Assembly: GCA_964509595.1 (NCBI GenBank)
Contig: CAZDXX010000001.1
Location: forward strand, 1-37,398
Length of the DNA stretch: 37,398 nucleotides
Source: an uncultured Oscillospiraceae bacterium
Lineage (GTDB): Bacteria; Bacillota; Clostridia; Oscillospirales; Oscillospiraceae
Direction of reading: 5' to 3'
The notes beneath the pieces were generated by a model. That model saw nothing but the letters and a program-made list of their open reading frames with translations, was not told where the DNA came from and made no database searches. Of the stretch, positions 25,761-34,320 are shown in pieces. The stretch's first letter is position 1. Each line of letters starts with the position of its first letter. The position numbers were made by a program, and so were the translations under genes.

Positions 25761-26689
25761 CGGACACTACTCCCTTCCGGGATAGGACGACCTAACAGGA
25801 ATGCAGTAGCAGCCATCCTCTTTTTGCCATCGGGCTGAAGCTCACAAATCTCCAGAACGGTACCATCGCCACAGGCGATCTTCAGTCCCTTCTTATCGGC
25901 CTGTACCACGGTGCCCGGCTCTTTGCACACGGTCTGGTCGCATACAAAAGTGGAAAATACTTTGCAGCGAACGCCACCCAGTTCGGCCACAGCTGCAGGC
26001 CAGGGAATCAAACCGCGCACCTGATCGTGCAGCGCCTGAGCCGGCTTGGTCCAATCCATGGGCGAAAGTTCACGAGACAGCATCGGTGCAAAACTCACCT
26101 GAGCAGGATCCTGTGCCGTCCGTGTAGCTGTACCTGCTTCAATATCCTTCACCGTTTCTACCAGCAGCTGAGCACCTAAGTCAGCCAGACGATCATGGAG
26201 TGCCTCCACCGTTTCATTGGGGTCAATGGGGGTGGTAACCTGCGAAATGATATCGCCTGCATCCAACTCCGCTGCCATGTGCATAATGGTCACGCCACTC
26301 TCTTTGTCTCCGTTCAGAATAGCCCAGTTAATCGGAGCCGCTCCACGGTATTTGGGCAACAGAGAAGAATGCACATTGATGCAGCCCTTGGCAGGATAAT
26401 TCAGAATATCGTCCGGAAGGATACGGCCGTAAGCCGCCACCACGATCAGCTCGGGCGCCAACTCTTGAATCTGTGCCAACGCCGTCCCATCGCGCAGCTT
26501 TGTGGGCTGGAATACGGGAATATCATGTACAAGGCAAAATTCCTTGACAGGCGTTGGCTGCAGCTTCATGCCTCGATTTTTCGGTTTGTCAGGCTGGGTG
26601 AATGCCCCGCAAATCGTATGGCCCGCTTCCACCAGTGCGCGAACAGAGGGCACTGCGAAGTCGGGCGTACCCATAAACAGAATACGCAT
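25757..26689 (-). CDS. fmt: Methionyl-tRNA formyltransferase
   Basis: MRILFMGTPDFAVP, INVHSSLLPKYRGAAPINWAI, and a C-terminal beta-barrel domain. Confidence 0.95.
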   Translation of the reverse strand: MRILFMGTPDFAVPSVRALVEAGHTICGAFTQPDKPKNRGMKLQPTPVKEFCLVHDIPVFQPTKLRDGTALAQIQELAPELIVVAAYGRILPDDILNYPAKGCINVHSSLLPKYRGAAPINWAILNGDKESGVTIMHMAAELDAGDIISQVTTPIDPNETVEALHDRLADLGAQLLVETVKDIEAGTATRTAQDPAQVSFAPMLSRELSPMDWTKPAQALHDQVRGLIPWPAAVAELGGVRCKVFSTFVCDQTVCKEPGTVVQADKKGLKIACGDGTVLEICELQPDGKKRMAATAFLLGRPIPEGSSVR

Positions 26690-26695
26690 CAGAAA

Positions 26696-27178
26696 TTACT
26701 CCATTCCAAGCTCTTCCAGCTCTTCCACAGTGTAGAGCCGGTCCGTATGTTCGGTAAACAAATGACCATCCAGATGCTCACACTCGTGACAGAAACAGCG
26801 AGCAGTCAATTCTACATCCTCAACTTCAAAGAAATTGCCATTACGATCTTGTGCCTTAACACGCACACGGTAAGGACGCGTCACTTCACCATACAAACCG
26901 GGCACAGACAAACAGCCCTCAAATCCAGTCTGTTCACCCTCGGTAAATACGATTTCGGGGTTAATCAGCTCCAGAATCTCATCCTCCGCATTGATTACCA
27001 ACACTACTCGACGCAGAATACCAATCTGAGGAGCTGCCAAACCAACGCCCTGAGAATCGATCAGGGTTTCTCTCATATCATCAAGAAGATCATGAAGTTT
27101 TTCATCAAACTTCGTAACCGGATGGCTGACCTTAGCCAAAACCGGATCTTTTCTGCTCAAAATCTTACGCAGTGCCAT
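26696..27178 (-). CDS. def: Peptide deformylase
   Basis: Motifs GVGLAAPQIG, EGCLSVPG, HECEHLDG. Confidence 0.95.
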   Translation of the reverse strand: MALRKILSRKDPVLAKVSHPVTKFDEKLHDLLDDMRETLIDSQGVGLAAPQIGILRRVVLVINAEDEILELINPEIVFTEGEQTGFEGCLSVPGLYGEVTRPYRVRVKAQDRNGNFFEVEDVELTARCFCHECEHLDGHLFTEHTDRLYTVEELEELGME

Positions 27179-27205
27179 AATTGTTTTCTCTCCTTCAACC
27201 AGAAA

Positions 27206-29680
27206 TCAGTCCAACGGATTCATATCAGCAAACACCGATACTCCGCGATTTTCTTTATCCTGCTGCGCTGAACGCACCAAATGCGCCAGCAACGCACGCA
27301 GTTCCTTATTATTTTTTCCGCTGACCGTAACACGGTAGCGATAACGGTTGTTCACCTTAGTCACTGACGCAGGAGCCGGTCCCAGAATCTGCAGCTCCAT
27401 GCTATCATACGGCGGTTTTGTTAAAGCACTTTCCAACGCCTGACGCAGCCGCAGGCAGGCTCGAAGCACCCCGTGTTCATCTGTCCCTGATACAGTCAAA
27501 AGAAACAGGTCACGGAATGGGGGACATCCCCGCAGCTTGCGCATTGCGATTTCCTGCTCGTAAAAACTATCATAGTCTTGCGCTGCAGCACAAGTAATGA
27601 CCTCGTTTTCCGGTGTCCACGTTTGTATGACGGCCCGGCCACTCTTGGCCCCTCGTCCTGCTCTGCCCACCGACTGAGTAATCAGCGAGAACGTCCGTTC
27701 ACCGGCACGAAAATCATCCACATACAGTGACAGATCCGCCGCAATTACACCTACTAAAGTCACATTCTCAAAATCCAATCCTTTGGCCACCATTTGAGTT
27801 CCCACAAGAATTGGTATCTTCTTTTTTACAAATTCGGAAAACATCTTTTCGTGGTTGTTGGCTGCGCTGACCGTATCCGCATCCATGCGCATCACTTCCA
27901 CACCCGGAAACAGCTCTTCCAGTTCCTGCTGAACCTTCTGAGTTCCCGTTCCGATAAACGCCAGCTTTCCTCCGCACTGGGGACATGCATCCGGCAAAGG
28001 CTCCGAATGACCACAATAATGGCACATAAGCCGCCGATTGGCCGAATGATAGGTCAGATAAACCGAACACCGGGGACAGTTCGGCACTTCACCGCACTCT
28101 CCACAGGACAGCATCCGGGAAGCTCCACGACGATTTAAAAACAGAATACTCTGTTCTCCCCGTTTGATGTTGTCCTCCAGCTCCATCCGCAGCAAAGCAC
28201 TGATGTCAGTCCCGTTTCCGGCCCGCAGTTCCCGTTTCATATCAGTGATAAAGACCTTAGGCAGCGCGCGTTCGTTGAAACGACGATTTAGGGCAAACAA
28301 ATGATAGCTCCCCTGCTTCGCCATAAACATGCTTTCTACCGATGGAGTGGCCGATCCCAACAGAAGCATTGCATTACTATGTGCACAACGGTACTTCGCC
28401 ACATCCCTTGCATGGTAGCGAGGAACATTTTCCGACTTGTAACTGTGCTCCTGCTCCTCATCCAACACGATCAAGCCGAGATTCTGAAGCGGGGCAAACA
28501 CGGCGGAACGGGTGCCAAGCACTACTTTGGCTTGTCCTGTTTTGACTCGTTTCCACTCATCATAGCGTTCGCCCGCTCGCAAACTGCTATGAAGAACCGC
28601 CACTTCATCCCCAAAATGAGATGTAAAAATGCTCAGCAATTGTGGCGTCAGTGCTATCTCAGGTACCAACACCATTGCTGTACGGCCCTCATCCAACACC
28701 CGTCGGATTAATTTCAGATAGACTTGTGTCTTCCCGCTTCCGGTCACACCGTACAACAATGCCGCTGATGGTTTTCCGCTCAGCAGCAGGTTTTCCATGC
28801 CTTCATATGCTTGCTGCTGTTCTTCATTCAGTTCCACCGGTCCAGCCGGCTCAACCTCCTGAGTTTGTACCCGCCGTAGTACCTCTCTACGCTCCAAAGT
28901 AATAATTCCGCTTTTAGCAAGACTACGAAGTGTCGCCGAGGAAGCTCCGGTAAAATAACATATTTCACGAGAGGACGCACTTCCGATTCCGACCAATAGC
29001 TCTACCACAGAATATCGCAAAGGTGCGCGCTTCCGTTTGGGCTCCACCAATGCCAGTGCCTCTTCCGGCGGCATTGCCAACGAAGCCACCTGCTCCGTTT
29101 TGTCGCCCACACCGCGAGATGCGCTTGTCTCCAAAGTCAGAATTCCCTGATCGGACAGCATTTTTAAGGCCGGGTTGGGATCGCGAGCGCCGAATGCATC
29201 TCGAATCCGTCCAATTTCCGCAGCGCCCCCATTGGCGTATAAAATATCCAAAAGGCTTCGGGCAATTCCCGACCGACCGGCCGCATCGTAGGCTTTTTCT
29301 TTATCAATACCTTCCGAAATGCGCCATGTATCCTGCAGCGAGAACCACAACCCCGCCGGAAGCATTGCCCGTACGGCTTCATAGACCGTACAGAAACACT
29401 GCTCGCGTACCCACAAAGCCAAGTGAATACCTTCTTGATCCAACACAGGCTCTTCGTCCAGTACCGCAAGTATCGGTTTTAATTTGCGGTCAACTGTTCG
29501 GTTCGCAACAGCCAGAACAATACCGTCACAGCGTCGGTTTCCCGCTCCAAACGGAACAATGACCCGCATTCCGGGTTGTACACGACCGATCAATTCAGCA
29601 GGCACAAGATAAGAATAAGGACGGTCAATCGCATATGTCGCAGCTGCCAAGGCAATCTTGGCTTCACATTCCACTTGCAT
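27206..29680 (-). CDS. priA: Primosomal protein N' (replication restart helicase)
   Basis: Walker A GVTGSGKT, DEEQEHS (DExH), and the Cys-rich zinc region CGECGEVPNCPRCSVYLTYHSANRRLMCHYCGHSEPLPDACPQCGG. Start set at ATG 29680 behind AAGGGGG. The raw ORF begins at an upstream TTG without an RBS. Confidence 0.9.
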   Translation of the reverse strand: MQVECEAKIALAAATYAIDRPYSYLVPAELIGRVQPGMRVIVPFGAGNRRCDGIVLAVANRTVDRKLKPILAVLDEEPVLDQEGIHLALWVREQCFCTVYEAVRAMLPAGLWFSLQDTWRISEGIDKEKAYDAAGRSGIARSLLDILYANGGAAEIGRIRDAFGARDPNPALKMLSDQGILTLETSASRGVGDKTEQVASLAMPPEEALALVEPKRKRAPLRYSVVELLVGIGSASSREICYFTGASSATLRSLAKSGIITLERREVLRRVQTQEVEPAGPVELNEEQQQAYEGMENLLLSGKPSAALLYGVTGSGKTQVYLKLIRRVLDEGRTAMVLVPEIALTPQLLSIFTSHFGDEVAVLHSSLRAGERYDEWKRVKTGQAKVVLGTRSAVFAPLQNLGLIVLDEEQEHSYKSENVPRYHARDVAKYRCAHSNAMLLLGSATPSVESMFMAKQGSYHLFALNRRFNERALPKVFITDMKRELRAGNGTDISALLRMELEDNIKRGEQSILFLNRRGASRMLSCGECGEVPNCPRCSVYLTYHSANRRLMCHYCGHSEPLPDACPQCGGKLAFIGTGTQKVQQELEELFPGVEVMRMDADTVSAANNHEKMFSEFVKKKIPILVGTQMVAKGLDFENVTLVGVIAADLSLYVDDFRAGERTFSLITQSVGRAGRGAKSGRAVIQTWTPENEVITCAAAQDYDSFYEQEIAMRKLRGCPPFRDLFLLTVSGTDEHGVLRACLRLRQALESALTKPPYDSMELQILGPAPASVTKVNNRYRYRVTVSGKNNKELRALLAHLVRSAQQDKENRGVSVFADMNPLD

Positions 29681-29701
29681 TTTACCGCCCCCTTTCCCCG
29701 T

Positions 29702-29744
29702 GAAAGGCAAGCATTCGAAGTAATCTCCCCGAAGCTTGCCTTTC
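29702..29744 (-). other. Stable hairpin in the rpoZ-priA spacer with no U-tract
   Basis: GAAAGGCAAGC (29702-29712) and GCTTGCCTTTC (29734-29744) form a perfect 11-bp stem, extended by TTCG/CGAA. The hairpin starts 5 nt after the rpoZ stop and is followed by ACGGGG, not U residues. Confidence 0.5.
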
Positions 29745-29748
29745 AAAA

Positions 29749-29940
29749 TTATGCCTGAATAGTCACTTTTCCTTCTGCTACTTCACGAATAGCAACAGAA
29801 ACCGGCTTATCCTCCAGAACGATCTGGTTTTCTTCTGCTTCAATAGCAATCTGACGTGCGCGCTGAGCAACCACATTAACCAGCATATAACGGCTGGGCA
29901 CCTGCTCAAGCAGCTTATTCATAGGGGGATACAGCATCAT
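29749..29940 (-). CDS. rpoZ: DNA-directed RNA polymerase subunit omega
   Basis: MMLYPPMNKLLEQVPSRYMLVNVVAQRARQI is the typical RpoZ N-terminus. Start at ATG 29940, 8 nt after GGAGG. The raw ORF's ATG at 29955 lies inside the RBS. Confidence 0.85.
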   Translation of the reverse strand: MMLYPPMNKLLEQVPSRYMLVNVVAQRARQIAIEAEENQIVLEDKPVSVAIREVAEGKVTIQA

Positions 29941-29945
29941 AATAA

Positions 29946-30084
29946 AAACCTCCATGCGTCTTCTGACGCTAAATTTGAAGCGGAAACCTGCCTCGCATGG
30001 AGGTTTCCGCCATCACCTGCGGTTGCCGTGCAGCGGCGTACAGGTGGGCATTTCATGTGTAAGCGTAATTGATTACGCTTACAC
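29946..30084 (-). promoter_or_regulatory. Structured gmk-rpoZ intergenic RNA: four tandem hairpins and an anti-SD/SD alternative pairing
   Basis: Four hairpins on the minus-strand RNA:
1. 30058-30084: GTGTAAGCGTAAT / ATTACGCTTACAC, enclosing the gmk stop.
2. 30014-30046: CACCTG...CAGGTG with a GC-rich interior.
3. 29980-30010: GCGGAAACCT / AGGTTTCCGC.
4. 29956-29969: GCGTC-ttct-GACGC.

The 13-nt segment 29994-30006 is perfectly complementary to 29946-29958, which contains the rpoZ Shine-Dalgarno GGAGG. Confidence 0.4.
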
Positions 30085-30693
30085 TCCTTCAACCAAATGC
30101 TTACGATTGCGAACTCGGCAGTCTTCTGCCAGCAGTATGGCCTTGATTTCGGCCGCAGCATCCTGCACCTTATCATTGACCACCAGGTAATCGTAGTGCT
30201 TGATTTCTTTATATTCCTCACAGGCTTGTCGCAAACGACCTTCGATAATATCTTCATCATCGGTGTTGCGCCCATGCAGGCGACGGGAAAGTTCTTCAAA
30301 GGAAGGCGGAATGATAAAAATCAAAACGGCTTCCGGGCATTTGGCGCGTACCTTTGCAGCACCCTGCACCTCGATATCCAACAGTACATCTATACCCTGA
30401 TTCAGCTTATCTTGGATCACTTTCAAAGATGTACCATAATAATTTCCTACGTACTCGGCATATTCCAACAGCTCACCGTCAGAAATCATTCTTTCGAATT
30501 CTGCACGGTCAACAAAATTGTAGTTTACACCGTCTTCTTCCCCCACTCTGGGAGCACGCGTAGTGAAAGAAACCGAAAAGTGAATATCCGTCCGCTCGCT
30601 GAGCAGCTCGGAAATCACCGTGCTTTTTCCTACCCCGGAGGGGCCGGATAAAACAATCAACTGACCCCTTTGCTTCTTTTTGTTGCCAATCAT
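30079..30693 (-). CDS. gmk: Guanylate kinase
   Basis: [15 protein letters not shown]-loop, and the [18 protein letters not shown] and YGTS motifs. 4-nt overlap with remA. Confidence 0.95.
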
Positions 30694-30962
30694 TCCTCTT
30701 CCTCCTCGGCCGAAACGGTCGCAGACTCTTTACCACTCAGTCTTCCTGCTACCGAGCCGGGCTGGAGTCCAGAAAGGACAATATGATCACTGTCCATAAT
30801 GAGGACGGCCTTTGTCTTGCGTCCGAAAGTAGCATCGATCAAGTTTCCGCGTTCGCGCGCTTCCTGCACCATTCGCTTGATAGGCGCCGAATCAGGGCTG
30901 ACGATAGCTACCAACCTCTCAGCCGATACCATACTTCCAAATCCGATATTGATCAGTTTCAC
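30690..30962 (-). CDS. remA: RemA/YlzA (DUF370) family regulator
   Basis: [64 protein letters not shown] is near-canonical for RemA. Confidence 0.9.
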
Positions 30963-30977
30963 CGAAATCTACCGTCC

Positions 30978-31871
30978 TTATTCGACATTCTGAACCTGTT
31001 CACGAATCTTCTCGATTTCGGCCTTCATATCAACAACCATACGAGAAATTTCGATATCATTGCACTTGGAACCAATGGTGTTGGTTTCTCGATTAAACTC
31101 CTGAATCAGGAAGTCGAGCTTTCGACCGGTAGCGCCACCCTTAGACAGCATATCACGCAGCTGCTCCAAGTGGCTGCGCAGACGCACGGTTTCTTCATCT
31201 ACAGCAACCTTGTCCGCAAAAATGGCTGCTTCAGTCAGAATACGGCTTTCATCAAGCTGTGTATTCTGGAGAACCTCCTGCATCTTCGCTTCCAAACGTG
31301 CACGATACTCGGCAACAGTCTGGGGAGAACGCTGCTCTACTTTACCGGTAAACTCCTCAATGGTGTTTGCACGGTTGAGAATGTCGGCAGCCAACTTTTC
31401 ACCTTCACGCTCACGCATCCGGTTGAAGTCTTCCAACGCCACATCCAGCACAGAACAGATGTCTGCCGCAATAGCCTCCAGATCCTCTTCCTTCTTTTCC
31501 ACAGTCAGAACATCAGGAAAACGAGCCAAATCGGTGACACGATAGCTGCTTTCAATTTGACCGTCACCCATATCGATCAGTCTCTGCAGAGCATCGATGT
31601 AGGACTTTGCCAACTCTTCATTCACTGTTACCGCAAAAGCTTCACCTTCGGTTTGAACAATGTTGATAAACACATCCACCTTACCGCGGGAAATGGCTTG
31701 GCCTACCCGGGTCTTAATAGCGTCTTCCGCAAAAATATAGGCACGAGGCATTTTTACGCCGCAGTCCAGATAGCGATTATTGACAGACCGTAATTCTACG
31801 GTGATCTTTCGGCCGTTTTGGGTGGCCTCCCCCCGGCCATAGCCGGTCATGCTTCGAATCAAATGGGTCAT
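30978..31871 (-). CDS. YicC/YloC-family stress-induced endoribonuclease
   Basis: SMTGYGRGE N-terminus, NNRYLD, C-terminal REFNRETNTIGSKCNDIEISRMVVDMKAEIEKIREQVQNVE. Confidence 0.9.
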   Translation of the reverse strand: MTHLIRSMTGYGRGEATQNGRKITVELRSVNNRYLDCGVKMPRAYIFAEDAIKTRVGQAISRGKVDVFINIVQTEGEAFAVTVNEELAKSYIDALQRLIDMGDGQIESSYRVTDLARFPDVLTVEKKEEDLEAIAADICSVLDVALEDFNRMREREGEKLAADILNRANTIEEFTGKVEQRSPQTVAEYRARLEAKMQEVLQNTQLDESRILTEAAIFADKVAVDEETVRLRSHLEQLRDMLSKGGATGRKLDFLIQEFNRETNTIGSKCNDIEISRMVVDMKAEIEKIREQVQNVE

Positions 31872-31883
31872 CCCTTCTATTTT

Positions 31884-32420
31884 TTATCTGCGATTTCGCG
31901 CTGCCCCCCGAATACGAGAAGCATAATAAGTGATTAGCTTACTGAACCCATAATCATAAATCAGGAACACCACATTACCCACCACAAAAACGAGGAGCGT
32001 ACTATGCAGAAATTCCGGCAGCATAGGGAACAGAAAAGCAGAAAATCCAAACAAAAGAACAGCCAATACTAAGTTAAAAAAAGCCAACTTCAGCAGCAGC
32101 TCCAAGGGGAGCTTACGCAGGCGTTCGACCACACTTTTGACCATGGGATACAGCCCAAAAAAGATTAGATAAAGTATTGCACAGCCTTTATCCGGAAGCA
32201 AAAGCAATCCCAACAGTCCTGCTGCAGCATAGCAGAGAAAACCGGTTGCCAATCCGCCTGAAACTACACCGGCTGCCGGAACCAGGCCAGCAATGGCAAC
32301 CATACCAATACGTCCGGATGGCATCATAGCAGCCAAGTACAGCAACAGCAAACTCAGCGCCGCCAGCACACCGCCCAAAGCAACACGAGACGCACTCTTA
32401 TTCGATCTTTGGTTCCTCAT
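31884..32420 (-). CDS. Small polytopic membrane protein, uncharacterised; paralog of 11131-11634
   Basis: 178 aa with about 5 hydrophobic segments. It shares motif blocks with the 167-aa ORF at 11131-11634 (see that feature). It is packed 4 nt after the J-domain gene and 12 nt before yicC. Confidence 0.7.
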   Translation of the reverse strand: MRNQRSNKSASRVALGGVLAALSLLLLYLAAMMPSGRIGMVAIAGLVPAAGVVSGGLATGFLCYAAAGLLGLLLLPDKGCAILYLIFFGLYPMVKSVVERLRKLPLELLLKLAFFNLVLAVLLFGFSAFLFPMLPEFLHSTLLVFVVGNVVFLIYDYGFSKLITYYASRIRGAARNRR

Positions 32421-32424
32421 GATT

Positions 32425-33030
32425 CTAGTTTCCGCAACCCCCGCACAGACAGTTCATGCACATCATCGTGGTACAACAGTCCATGGCACCCATTCCGCCA
32501 TTGGAATATCCCGCCGGACGATAAGCATTTCCACCCTGCTGCATCATGTTGTACGCCTGTCGATATTCCATGTTGTTCGGCTCCATGCGCACGGCGATTT
32601 GATAATTCTGCATAGCTTCATCCAGCCAGCCTCGGCGGTAAGCCACGCTTCCGGCCAGGAAGTACCACTCCGCCGTACGGCTGTTAGTACTGCGCAGAAG
32701 CTGTTCCGCCTGATCCACATTACCGCTGTTGATCAGATTGCGCACACGAGCAAAGGTAGGATCATTGCTTTGGCTCTGCTGCTGATATGCGCTCTGATAC
32801 CCAGAATTGTTGCTTCCCGAGGAGGTATATCCACTTCCGCCGCTGCGCATCTTGGTCACAGCATCGTAAGCCTCATTGATTTCCTTCATCTTCTCCTCCG
32901 CCAAATCGGCCAGAGGATTATTCTGGTAGTTGTCAGGATGATATTTGCGCGCCAATTCACGATAGGCACGTTTGATTTCGTCATCACTGGCATTGGGATT
33001 GACACCCAACACCTGATACGGATCACTCAT
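32425..33030 (-). CDS. J-domain protein with a TPR-like middle region and a cysteine-rich C-terminal tail
   Basis: [33 protein letters not shown] (J domain with the HPD tripeptide), a G/S/Q-rich linker, [32 protein letters not shown] (TPR-like), and the tail [18 protein letters not shown] (7 Cys in the last 18 residues). Confidence 0.8.
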
Positions 33031-33034
33031 TCAC

Positions 33035-33901
33035 TCATTCTCCTAGCTGATTTCGTTTTTTCTTCCAACGTCCATTGAACACCAGTTTCTCAATTGCGGG
33101 CAGACCTAAATACAAAATATTGGACACGATCCCATCCCAACGCTCAGTTTTTGCCAGTTCATAGGCAGCTGTCGCCAAGTTTCTGGAATGGAGCAGCGTA
33201 ATGCTTATATCCTGCAAATGCTCTTTCCCCTGACCTTCGTATCGAGCAACAATAGGATTATACGAACCAAGCCTGATGTCCTCTTCCATGTCATCCCAAG
33301 CATCGATCAGATAAACCCACCGTCCGACATGATAGAGCATCTGCTTCAAAGCACGATTCCGGGCCTCTTCCCCTGTGTCAGGCGCCGCAGCCTGGAGTAT
33401 ACGGGCAAATGTGTCCGCCGGACGATCCATCGATGTACAGCATTCCTGCTCCAAATCATGCAGCTCGCTCAAACATTTGCCCACTTCCCGATCGAATTCC
33501 GGTCGGGAAGCTGCCGCCTTTCGATAAGCCGGTTTCAAACAGAGCGATGCAATACGTGCAGGCAATCCCTTAAACAGCCCATGATCTGCCACATCGTCCC
33601 GCAGCTTTTGATAGCTCAAGATTATACTCTCGTCGGCAGCGACATCAAGGGCCGGCATCTCGTGGCACATCTTTCTCTTGCGAAACGGATGAACCGGACA
33701 GTGGCATTGGGACATTTGGCAAGGTTCTGACCCATATGCCAAAACCATGGCCAGAAACACAAAATCATAATTCAATGTGAAGCGCGCCAGAAATCCATGT
33801 CGTTTTCCTATGATGCGACACAGTCCACAATAGACAGCCTTATAATCCTCCAGCTCTCGCACTCGCAATTCCGCTGTCAACGGTCTTACATATCCGAACA
33901 A
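33035..33901 (-). CDS. Cysteine-rich hypothetical protein (resembles the DUF5685 family as I recall it)
   Basis: 288 aa. MFGYVRPLTAELRVRELEDYKAVYCGLCRIIGKRHGF... (CxxC), then CQMSQCHCPVHPFRKRKMCHE. The N-terminal MFGYV...YCGLC pattern matches my recollection of DUF5685 proteins of Clostridia. 16-nt overlap with the upstream gene. Confidence 0.6.
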   Translation of the reverse strand: MFGYVRPLTAELRVRELEDYKAVYCGLCRIIGKRHGFLARFTLNYDFVFLAMVLAYGSEPCQMSQCHCPVHPFRKRKMCHEMPALDVAADESIILSYQKLRDDVADHGLFKGLPARIASLCLKPAYRKAAASRPEFDREVGKCLSELHDLEQECCTSMDRPADTFARILQAAAPDTGEEARNRALKQMLYHVGRWVYLIDAWDDMEEDIRLGSYNPIVARYEGQGKEHLQDISITLLHSRNLATAAYELAKTERWDGIVSNILYLGLPAIEKLVFNGRWKKKRNQLGE

Positions 33902-34320
33902 GACTTCAGAACCTCCGTAATACGAAACTGAACTGATTTTTCTCTTCTTAATTGATGATCTATCAAAACATTCATTGCGATACCCACTGCAAAGCCAGCC
34001 AATCCCAGCAACAGACTGATTCCTTCTCCCAACTTCAGCAGACCTGATGCACTAAAATAAGCAGCAAACAGGAGTACCAGCGGAACAAGATACAACACAA
34101 ATGCTATGCCAAGAACCTGTCTGCTTTCGCTCTCCACTTGGACAGTATCACCCGGGCGGGCTCCCAACAGGTTCTCTGCCACGGCAGTTACTGCGGCAGC
34201 ACTTTCCGAACCGCACCCACTGCAACTGGCACAGTCATGACCGCAAGCTGATTGTCGGCGGACCAGAACTTCTGCTCTGTTCTCCCCTACCAAGCGCCTC
34301 ACTGTGGCGATTTGCGTCAT
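33886..34320 (-). CDS. RseC/MucC-family (SoxR-reducing-system RseC-like) membrane protein
   Basis: 144 aa. The N-terminal beta-domain carries C26-x3-C-x2-C-x2-C (CGHDCASCSGCG), then two TM helices (VLGIAFVLYLVPLVLLFAAYF, ISLLLGLAGFAVGIAMNVLI). ATGA overlap with cdaR. Confidence 0.7.
   Translation of the reverse strand: MTQIATVRRLVGENRAEVLVRRQSACGHDCASCSGCGSESAAAVTAVAENLLGARPGDTVQVESESRQVLGIAFVLYLVPLVLLFAAYFSASGLLKLGEGISLLLGLAGFAVGIAMNVLIDHQLRREKSVQFRITEVLKSCSDM

Noticed and set aside
26195-27271. 358-aa plus-strand ORF spanning fmt, def and the priA 3' end
   Set aside because: It crosses three well-supported minus-strand genes, and the product is His/Arg/Gln-rich nonsense.
29937-30299. 120-aa minus-strand ORF
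   Set aside because: It overlaps the gmk 3' half out of frame and the structured gmk-rpoZ spacer. gmk and rpoZ account for the region.
30783-31793. 336-aa plus-strand ORF
   Set aside because: It is antisense to remA and the YicC-family gene, both clearly recognisable on the minus strand.
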